A stretch of 59,513 bases of DNA, filler included, from Platydemus manokwari (Eukaryota), in NCBI GenBank assembly GCA_037951405.1. It is 6 parts of 6 records of this genome, joined end to end, with 100 filler letters (N's around TTAATTAATTAA, not from the genome) between each part and the next. Parts side by side here need not be neighbours in the genome. Positions count along the whole stretch, not along the records: positions 48,903 to 59,513 come from JBBMOY011119885.1; 5 more parts are not named here. One strand, 5' to 3'. Positions within the stretch are counted from its first letter, which is position 1, and each line of letters opens with the position of its first letter. This document shows positions 48,903 to 59,513 of the stretch, piece by piece. The notes beneath the pieces were generated by a model. It saw only the letters and a program-made list of their open reading frames with translations, searched no databases and was not told the DNA's origin. Made by a program: the position numbers and the translations under genes.

Positions 48903-49940
48903 AATTCATTAGATAAATGAACAGTGATTTATTCCTAAACAATATCAACAATAATCTAGTCATATAAATATATAAAAATCCAATAATATAATAATAAACA
49001 AAAATACGTTATTGTGATTGTAGTGTGAAGGATGCCTTATATTATATAAAAACTCCTTAGCATGAAGTCCATTATAAGACTTCGCGTAAAAATTCTAGAA
49101 GGAAGTTCTACGGGACCGAAGAATCAAAGAAGAATAATCATCATATCATGTTACTGAGGAATTAAAATTGTATTCCATGTGTTATCGATTTAGACCACTT
49201 ACAACTCATTTCAACAAATTTAAAATTTGAAATCATGCCAAAATTTATAATAATTTTATTTAAACCTAACAATAATCAAATTATAATCATATATGGAGTG
49301 TATTTTGTTAAAATTAAACTTGTTATTATGTAAAAATCTTTGCCACGAGTTTAAATTTAAATTTTAATATAGAACACCATAAAAATAAATATATCGGGAT
49401 TAAATAATGCATCATACAAATCCATCCACAATAGTCAGACTCATTAGACCAGTTATTGAACTATCAAAGATTAGTTCAATTAAATAAATAAAATAAAGAT
49501 TCACCTGCTGACGATAAAATTCGCCAGTCATAAATTGATTATATTTTTACTTTAACAGCTTGTTTCATTTTTATCTTCCTTGATTCAGTTTAAATTCGCT
49601 CATCGATCTCAAACATAAATAAATACGATAATCATAGCAAAATATGAAACTTAAAGATAACAAGCTTGGCTAAACACAGTTTAATCAAATAAAAATAGTT
49701 TTTAACAATTAAAAAAACATTTTAAAATTTTTTTAAGAAGAGCTTACTTAAAAATTACATAAATATTTGAAAAAAAAACGAAGTAGTCTAAAGGAATATT
49801 CGTGACTTTCGAAAAACCATAACAGAATTTGCAGTAAAAAAATTAAATAATTTTCGAATCTAAGGTGAATTGGGAGTTTAACACAGAATATAAGGAAAGA
49901 TATTTAACTGTAGAAAACATAGAAAAAACGAAAAGATGTC

Positions 49941-50449
49941 TGTGGATAATTAGCAGTTGAATCAAACGAAAATTTTAATTTTGGTTGCTTGACGATTGAT
50001 ACTCAAATTTTAAAAGTGCATTTGATAATTGATAACTTTAAATAGACGCTCCAATTCGAAGGTATATTAATCAATACACGAATTATAAAATCTCAACCCA
50101 AACTTGGGTTTCAGCTGGCAGTTGTCCATCTTTACATAGATTTTTATATTCTCGATCTGTGTGCATTTTTTGTGTCATGCTTCATCATATTTTGATTTGA
50201 TATCTGTTTTTCTGGGGTCTTATTGGGTTTTCAAATTTTTATATGAATGGGATTGATCAATCCCTATGTGTGTGTTGTTTTGAAGCTATGCCTCTTTTTC
50301 CAATTCTAGTTCACCATCTAACTTCACTATGATTGGCTATTTGGTATATCTGTATGGTTGTATAGTAATGCAAATGTTTAAAGTGCCAAAACAAGGGTTC
50401 CATGGTTCAATTTTATCTTTCTTTTTGCAGAATTTCATCTCACTCAACA
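49941..50449 (-). mobile_element. Dispersed repeat family B, copy 2 (probable solo LTR)
   Basis: Minus strand begins TGTTGAGTGAGATGAAATTCTGCAAAA; homologous to 15228-15707. Left boundary approximate. Confidence 0.65.
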
Positions 50450-51809
50450 TTATATATGAAGACAAATGCTTCTTTATTTGATCCTACTTCCATGTCTTCA
50501 AGGTAAGGATAAACTTACTAAATAAATGATTGTAACTGTGTTGAAAAATAAAATCTATCTTGAATAACTGACATATTTTTCTTCTGTACCATTTGAATCT
50601 AATAAAGAAGGATTAAAAGATCTCAACTTCTGATTCTATAGTCTAGAATCTAGACAATCACATAATAATAACTAAGTGCAAATAAACCCAAAATCCAAAT
50701 AGTAAAAACTGCTTCAAAACTTTGTCCTAATCTGATGACCATATAGCTTTGAAATTCAATGGTAAACTGTTTTCGCACATCTACTGCGTTGTTTCAATTT
50801 CAGCATCATTCTTATTTCCTGAATTTTCAAAGACTATTACTTACATTGTTTTGATCATAAAGGACACCATTTTGATTACAGTTATCGACACAACAATAAA
50901 ATAATGTCTGAAAATTAAATTTTTTTTATAATAGTAGGTATTTTTATAAATACAAAGTGTAGAATTATTTAAAGTGCCTGTATATATTTTCCCCAAAAAT
51001 TCACCTTTAAAATTACGCGGCGTATAAATCCAATTTTTAGCTGAAATATTTGATAATATAAATTATCAGTTTATCTACAACGATATTAATTTTCTAATGT
51101 ATATACCAACATCAAATAAACTGAGAAAAAAGAATTATCTTCAAATTTGTCTCAAATTTTAACATCCTAATCAGTTTCTCAGATATCACAGCTCACCTAC
51201 GAAATTTTTTGAATTAACTCTCACAAACCTCTCACTTTGATGTTTTGTCAAAACTGTATGTCTATATAATTATATTTCTTTCATATTTCCTAATTTTAGG
51301 GATCAAAACAACGCATACTTGTTGAAGAAAAACACTAAATTAGACAACTATCCGAACTGAGAATGTCTGAAGGTAATTTTCGAATAACTTTCATTATTTT
51401 CATTTCAATTTCCTGTACCTAGAATCAATTTTTTCCCTCCACTCTAATTTCATACGTGTTCGATTTTATAGATGCTGATTAATTTAATTGCTACAAAGAA
51501 TGTATTATCTATTGTGAATATTTTTCTACATTCTTCTATACTATTGGTTTAAAAAACCAGAGATTTAAGCTATTTATAAGAGTAAATGAAGAGTGATTCT
51601 CACTGGTTTTGAATTTCTCATTGAAAATAATTATTTTTTCATGACGCTAGATTCCTTATAATATTTCCAAACATTTCTGTTAATAAAAATAATTTTATAA
51701 TAATATCAAAAATATCATAAAATTGTCGTAAGAAGTCACGGTGTAGAGAAGAGTCCAATAGATCTATTAAAATACATTTTAAAGATATGCCAATGCAAAT
51801 CATTCTGAA

Positions 51810-52300
51810 TACACCGTGCGATTCATAAGCCTCCGTCCCTAAAACTCAAATAAAACAACAAAACACAATATAATTTATACTCTTCTATTTATACTCATTG
51901 ATATTAATTATTATTTCTTATTTCTTATTATTCAGTTGCATTATTACAATATGGTGGAAGCAGCTGGTGATGTTAAATTTTCACTTGCAGATAGAGTGTT
52001 TATAGTTAACCATGCAATAGCGTAATATAGTATTGCCAAAGCTCTTCAAGAATTTCAGTAACATTTCAATCAAGCACCACCTACTAGGACAACAGTGCAA
52101 TATACTGGAAACACAAGTTTGAAGAAACTGGAAATTTATCCATTAGATTGCGATCAGGAAGATTGTCTGATGAAATCATGAAGGAAAAGGTGGTAAATTT
52201 TTTAAAAATTGAATGATGGCACAATTCAACGAGACACTGCTCGAGTTTGCATGACTTCACAAACTCCTGTTCACACATATCTCAAGGAAGAAAAATAAAA
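51810..52300 (+). mobile_element. Tc1/mariner-type transposon 5' remnant (DUF4817-like helix-turn-helix)
   Basis: From ATG 51951: FSLADRVFIV..ALQEFQ*HFNQAPPTRTTV, frameshift, WKHKFEETGNLSIRLRSGR. A TA-CACCGTG TIR-like start lies near 51810. Confidence 0.6.
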
Positions 52301-54043
52301 GCTTTCAAATATTCTTTTCTTATTTTATTTTTAGAGACAGAGACCTATAAATCGCACAGTATATATAGTTATTTTTAATAAAACGATTATGTAAAACAAT
52401 ATGATATACTGCAGCTAATGGTAATGAGAATAAAGAGTAATAATAATTTTTAATGAACGTCCAATCTCTCTATTTATAATTATTGATACAAGATAATATT
52501 GGTCTAAATTTAAATAAAATTTCTTGATAATAAAATAAATAAAATATTAAACATATTCGAGAAATCCAACTACTGAAATATTTCAATCAAAATATCCATC
52601 GACTTTTGCACTACAATAACTAACAAATTATTCTGATTAGAATTTCCTTAATATAAGTTTCTCGAGATAAGAATGAGGAATAGTTATTATTTCTTCGAAG
52701 CGTTTTCAATTCATAATCTCATAGGACGTTTAATTAATAGAAAAATAAATGGGAAATTTTTCATTTTTTTAGATTATGAAATCAGATTCTATCTGGGATG
52801 ATTTGTTTTGTAATTGTAAAAATAAATAAAGATATTTTGATCATGAATAAAACATAACTGCCTCAACATTTAATAAAATGGGATAAATATAAAAAACGAA
52901 AATTGATAATTTTTTTAAAATTTATTAGATAATTTTCGGCACGGAAGTGATGTTGAGTTTCTATTTTAATGATTTGTTTTAAAAATTGTTCTTTTAAACG
53001 ATTGAGTAACTTTACCTTATTTGGAAACAGTAAACTGAGATAAAATTAGTTGATTGATTTTATCCAAGACCAACACACACATACACACACTAAAAGGTAT
53101 TTTCTGAAAAAATTACCACATAGAACTCGATCAAATGAGTTTGTTATTTGTATCTGACGAGTACCATTACCGAATAGTCTGGTGAGTCTGGTAACATCAC
53201 AGGAACTTGTACTATTCAATTGATATTGTATTCCATCTAGAATTAAAGTTTTATTTTATCTCACTCAAAAAATAATTACTTATTAAGGAATCTCGCAATT
53301 TAATTATAAATCGAACTCACGCAATTTTATGTAAAAAATATTGTACTTTTAGGAAAATTATTGGACGAAACATAGGTACAACATACGTCGGTGATTCCTT
53401 ACATGATTTTATTATTGCTAATACCTGTATGGAAATTTTAAATGACCTATCTTAGAGGAATTTTTCGTCTTGGTAGTAAACTATTACAATAAGACATTTA
53501 CCGATGCATTCAGTCTTAAAATTGTCTTTCCAATTGCTGATTCTATCTTTTAAATCTCAGTAAATAAGCTGCATTTATTATGTCATGTTATTCTCTGTCG
53601 ATGAGGGATATTCATAGCAATTTTAGGATGTAAATATAATCGAGTGATTAAATTCTTGAAAATTTTGTTTATCGAAAATGAAATGATTATTTTTAAAATC
53701 GATGAATTTTATTTGATTCTTCTGATTTTCCCGATGATAAATATCGATTGATTGATTTAAAAATCTGTATTAAAATTTATTCACCTTATTTATAATCGTG
53801 TTTATTTATCTGATTACTGCACGATCGATCATTTCGTGAATATTTAAAATTTAAAGCAATAATCCCGATTATTCAACGTTACACAGACATAAAATAATCG
53901 TGCATTATGAAATATTCGACACGTACAATGTGAATCAGGTTAAAAGATTCGAGATAAACAGTATGTTATTTACAATTGTTTATTCGTCAATTCTACCACA
54001 TCAGTGAAAAATCAACTAAAGATAATTATTATTTACGTGCAGT

Positions 54044-54071
54044 TATATATATATATATATATATATATATA
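54044..54071. repeat. (TA)n microsatellite
   Basis: Directly visible. Confidence 0.9.
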
Positions 54072-56699
54072 ATCTAATATTGAGAATTTCTAATCAGGAA
54101 AAATTTAAAGAGTAAAACGAAAAATTACTTTGTTATAATAACTTTTTGTATGTAACCAATTAGGTAATGGAAAATATTGTTTTTATTGTGTAACATATGT
54201 CATTAAATATGTATTAATAAATCAAATGTATATAAATTTAATACGAGACAAGCTATTTTAAATTAAGAGAAGAGATTAAGTATTTGTTCCTGAAGGCCAG
54301 CAGCAGCCATTCATGAAGAGGATTTTGTCTTAAAATGGAAATACCCAACTTGAACGAAATGAAAATTCGATAGATATTGTGAGACTGCACTCGTTAATTT
54401 CATCAATATTAATTTGATAATAATAATGATAACGAGTCTCAGTCATTTAAAAATATTCTTCATACAAAATAGAATATCGATTGAAAATATCAGGGAAAAA
54501 TTATATCTAATACAATTTAAGATGGATAAAACATGTGTTCTTATCTGTATAAAGCCGCTGATTGGAAAATGAGGATTTGAAATAAATTTTTGTTGATTTT
54601 TATATCTGATTTATGATTTACAACGACAAACATAGTTTTGAGGATTTCTAATGGAAACCCATTTAATTTTCTAAGATTAATCTGCCGTTTTTAGATTCGG
54701 AAGCAATATTTATTGATTGATATTCCTTCTCAAAATATAACATTAATTATTATTTTCGTTTGTTGGCCTTTCAAAAATTTCAGAAACATCAGTGGCTTTA
54801 TATTTTTGTAATTTCAATACATCAGATAACTAGATGACATGAGAACATTTACCATTTTATTATCAGGTTTTTCTTTGTTAATATGAATTGTTTTACCAAA
54901 AAAAATCCCATTCCATTAAACGTATTCATTTATTCTACATATATTTTCAATATATTCTTCATTGTAAATGTCGATATGAAAGGCTTCTAATTGACTGACA
55001 TTATAGTTGATTAATCCGAATCGATTTTCATTCAAATACCGATGTTGAGCATCAAAAGCACGGATTTGTGAATAGAAAATTTTATTGATTAATATCAGTG
55101 CAGATCAGCACTATCACAATTATTCAAACTCGAAAATAAATAAATAAAAATAAAATCGCATCGAAATTTATAACGGAAAATTGTGTGTGCTGTGTCTTCT
55201 CAATTTCTATTCGACGTTCTGATTTTCACGATACTAGTTGGATTTATCGATTTAAGTCAACTTAGATTAGATAATATTTGCATATGTGCAGTTATATAGC
55301 CATGTATTTTGTAAAATTAAAATCCTCGTTATCCACCCTGATTGGTCAGTGATTCCTTTTTGACTAAGTAGGTAGATATGAATGTCGAATTGTTCCAAAA
55401 TGTCAAGGGTCGTTATTAGGATAGGAATCTTTCATAGTTGAAATATTTATATAGTTTTCATCCAGAATCATTATTATTTATAAAAATTAAATTTGATATT
55501 AAATCTGAGAAAATTATCTATAAAATTTAATTATAAAATTTCTCTTGGTTTGGATCATGAGATCCACAGAATGATGGAGTCTTTAGACAAATAGGGTTAG
55601 ATAGTAGGAATTCAAATAAGTTGTCTTCCAATTTTGTTTCTACTTCTACTATAGAAGAATATGGGTTATATAGGTCTCACATAGGGCCAATATGTTTAAC
55701 ATGCAGTAACACACAAAACAAGGGCTTTACATACGTAAAAGAGATAGCCTTACAAGTATTTCTATTATTAGTGTTTATTGTTTTTGTCTGTTATTTATAA
55801 GGTTTATCTGAGAGGCAGTATAGTCTTCTCTACCTTTTTGGTGTGTTTATATAGAGTTTATCTCAAAGGCAATATAGTCTTCTCCACCTGTTTATTTATT
55901 TTTATAGTGCGGTAGAGGGCGTCTATCTGGATTGCTAAGATCATCTTGTCATGGAGAAAACCATGTATACATCTATTATATGATATAGAATAAATTTCGC
56001 CTTACATTTTCATTTTAGATCATAAAAAAAATTCGTCACGAAGATGAGTTTTATTATTGTTTTATAACTAGATTTTGTTTTTTAAATTTTAGACTGATAA
56101 TTGATCCAAAACAGGGTGGTAGCGAAACGAGAAGATTAGATTAAAGAAAAGTACACAGTGAACACATGCATGCCCGTGAAAATTGACTGCGACTCAGAAA
56201 TTTTGACTATGAAAACCTGGATTTCTGACTTTGAGTATCAAACGAGAAATTTTTATGTTTTGAATTAAATATTTGCACCTTAAATAAAAAAGTTGCCTCT
56301 AGAGTTTATTTTCAATGCAACTTGACGATGTGGAAAATAAACCAATGAAACAACAAAATTTACCCCACTATTGCATCGGATAAATCAATTGATCTATGAG
56401 AAGCTTTGATATTTTCAGCTTATGTTGTAACTTTTCTTATTCTTTCAAGGTAAATCTTGAAAGCTCAGAATTTTATAATTAACTATAAAAAATTATTTTC
56501 ATTAAAATCACAGAATTAAAAACAATTAGTAAATAAAACATAAAATAAATGATAAGATTTATTATAAACGAATGGTTATCATTGATTTTTGTCTTATATA
56601 AAGGTGATGATAAAACATATATATGGTTCACATTTAAGAATACATTAGAGATTTATCAAAATTTACCATTTCAACTATAGTATTGATGACAGAAAGGAG

Positions 56700-56960
56700 G
56701 AAAATTATAATTGAATAATAATTTTAAAAAATTAATAATAATTTAATATTTATATTAATTTTAATAATTTAATAATAATTTTTCTAGTTTAATAATAATT
56801 TTAATAATTATTTTAATAATGTTTCAATAATAATTTGATTATAATTTAATTAATTTAATAATAATTTTAATAATTTAATAATAATTATAAATTTATTATT
56901 TGTAAAAAAATATTTTAAATTTTATAATTTTAAATTTTAGTAAATAATTTAAAAATTAAT
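56700..56960. repeat. Low-complexity AT tract (taataattt-like units)
   Basis: Almost pure A/T with degenerate short repeats. Confidence 0.8.
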
Positions 56961-59051
56961 ATGATTTTTTTTAATATTCTTGATCAATATTAGTAATAAT
57001 TGAAGTTCCCTGGAAAAGATTTTAACTGGTTTTGAAAAATAAAATTTCTAAACGAATACTTCTAGCGAATCTCAATTTTTAAGAGACTACCATTTCAAGA
57101 CTACCAATTACAATCCGCATCGTGAATATTTTCCTGGACATTTCGTACGGCTTTTTGCTTTTTTCATGTTCTACAGAGCTAGTTTATCAGTATAATTCTT
57201 ACAAACATGCTTCTTTTCATTTAGTAGACTTGTAACCTTTTACATTTAAATTTACCATTCCACAAATTATAGATGACCGAAAAATTTACCATTAATCAGT
57301 TTATTGATGGATTTTACCAAACCGACCCGACACATTCAAGTTCATTACTTATCTATTGAAAATTTGAAATTACCAGAAAATGAAAAAAATTGAAAAAATA
57401 ACAAGACAATTCTAATTAAAAATCAACTCACAAACAAATCAACTCAAATTACAAAAAAAAATTACAACAACAAACATTTCGAAAATCGATTTTTGTGTTT
57501 TGCAACGAAAGAGCTTAATTGTGATTTGATTGAAAATATTTTTTTCCTTCAATATTTCATGAGTGTCGAGAAAATATAATTTGGTAACCGTTTCAGGTAC
57601 CAATATAATAGATTTTAGATTCAAAAGATTCATTAAATAAATATTATTCCATTAAATATCAAACATTTACAAACACTTACAAATTTTCTCACAATTTATT
57701 CATTTATGTTACTCAAAAGAGAACACAATTAATGAACACTCTGTAAACCAATGAAATTTTTATTTCCATATTATTAATTTACATATCGAAAAAAAATGGT
57801 GTTGGTATTTGAATATGACGAGAATTTAATTGCCTATTTTATTCTCAAATAATTATATTATTAACAATAAATAATTCAGACGCTGAATATTGTTCACTGA
57901 GATTATCGTTCATATCAAATATTGTCATCGTTTCCTTACATTCTCTATTAAATATGAATGATGAAAGGCCTTCTCTTATTGCTATGATTAAATGTGAGCA
58001 AATTTGTAAACAAAAGAATAATTCGTTAAGGGTGCATTTAAATAATAATGAAGAGTTTTCTATGAAAAGATTTGCTGAAAATATTTTGAATATATTTGAG
58101 AGTTTGACCAAAGATTTATAGTTTTTAATAAAATTAAATTTTCACAGTTGGATACCGTGAAAATGTGTTATCCATAAACACCCAATTTGCACCCATTAAA
58201 AAATAAAAAATTAAAATAATTTTAAATAAAAATTAAAAAAAAAATTTTTAAATTACGATTCAAAATAATTTTTGAAATTAAGTATTTTAAAGTATTTTAA
58301 ATATCGATACCTGATTAAGATTGAGAACAAAAAGCTCTCTAGAAATTTGTTTGAAAAATGTTTGATTTGTTATAAAATAAATGTTAAGAAAATCGTAATA
58401 ATGGCTTCTTTTGCTGAAACATCAATTGCAAATCAAGTAGCCGCTACTAACAACACTAATATAATCAAAACCTATCAATCATGAATCTCAAAATCAATGA
58501 TTTCGGTCCTTTAAGATTCTATATATTATCGGATACTGCTTCTGAAATTATAGATGAAATTCATTCCACTCTTATCAACAAGGATTGTCCTTCTAGAATT
58601 GAATCTTACAAATTCAAGCTATTAATAACTTTGTCTTCATATTCAATCGGAATTTAATTTAATTGTTTTGAGATCGCATAATTTCATTAGCATTTCAATG
58701 AACAACGATATACAGGAATGTTTTACAAAATAGCAAATCGCTGACTTGAATCAGATATCCATTGAGAAAGCAAAATCAGTTGGTTTCGTTTTCTAAACCG
58801 TGCCTTGTCCGATGTATTGATGTTTAATATTACCGTTAAAGGATTGTTAATCAAATAAAGGTATCGACAAAGTCAGAATTCAATTTTACAGTAAAATAAA
58901 TATTCCAACAATTCTCACTGATTTTATATTTTGTCAGTAATTATTTACAATTTTATTTCACAAAAATCTTCCATTATCAACGATAACTATTTCAGGCAAA
59001 CATGGATTTGGGTAGTTATATTGTGGAACATGGATTTTGTCAACTGATGTT

Positions 59052-59511
59052 TATGGAGTGACATGAAATACTGCAAAAAGAAAATCGGATTTGCGCCTTG
59101 GAACCCTTGTTTTAGTACTTTAAACATTGGCATGCCTACATAACAATACAGGCATAGCAATCAGCCAATTATAATGAAGTTAGATGGTGAACGAGAATTG
59201 GAAAAAGGGGCAACAACAAACACATAGGAATCGGCTAATTCCACTCATGCAAAAGGTTAAATACCCAAAAAGAACATCGGAAAGTAAATATCGAATCGAA
59301 ATATGATGCAACATCACACAAAAATTACAGATAAATCGCAAATATGAAAATCGATGTAAAGATGACCAACTGACAGTTGAAAGCCATGTTTTAGTTGCTG
59401 TTTTGTGAAGTATAGTTTATGTGTAGGTCCACTTAGTAGTACACAAGCCAATGTTTTATTTACCTTCCAGTTTAGAGTCAGAGCTTAATTAATTGTTTAA
59501 AGAACCAAACA
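59052..59511 (+). mobile_element. Dispersed repeat family B, copy 3 (probable solo LTR)
   Basis: Homologous to 15228-15707 over its full length; ends ...AAACA. Confidence 0.7.
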
Positions 59512-59513
59512 AT

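Noticed and set aside
50732-50770. CTGATGA followed by GAAA/TAAA
   Set aside because: No proper stem II closing pair and no stems I or III.
53143-53196. CTGACGA-GTA-ccat-TAC-CGAAT hammerhead-like motif
   Set aside because: GAAA is broken, there is an extra base after stem II and no convincing stem III.
58401-58900. ORF start MASFAETSIANQ with a coding-like continuation
   Set aside because: Terminates early, frameshifted, no family recognised.

Overview
AT-rich eukaryotic (animal-like) genomic DNA with many tiny 42-67 nt GT-AG introns; a triclad flatworm would fit, but that is inference only. The window is six ~9-11 kb pieces joined by identical artificial 100-nt spacers (N44-TTAATTAATTAA-N44), so adjacency across gaps is not trustworthy. 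It holds a complete 6-exon O-GlcNAc transferase gene (OGT, +), five internal exons of a plasma-membrane Ca2+-ATPase (PMCA, -), a complete 6-exon Serrate/Ars2 gene (SRRT, +), two probable solo-LTR families and decayed DNA-transposon and LINE remnants. The highlight is a decayed Ty3/Gypsy element (about 39.9-47.4 kb). After PR-RT-RH-IN it continues into a fibronectin-III-like plus transmembrane module and a REX4/ISG20-like DEDDh exonuclease. Its putative 3' LTR carries an intact, antisense type III hammerhead ribozyme (46867-46924) flanked by competing pairing elements.
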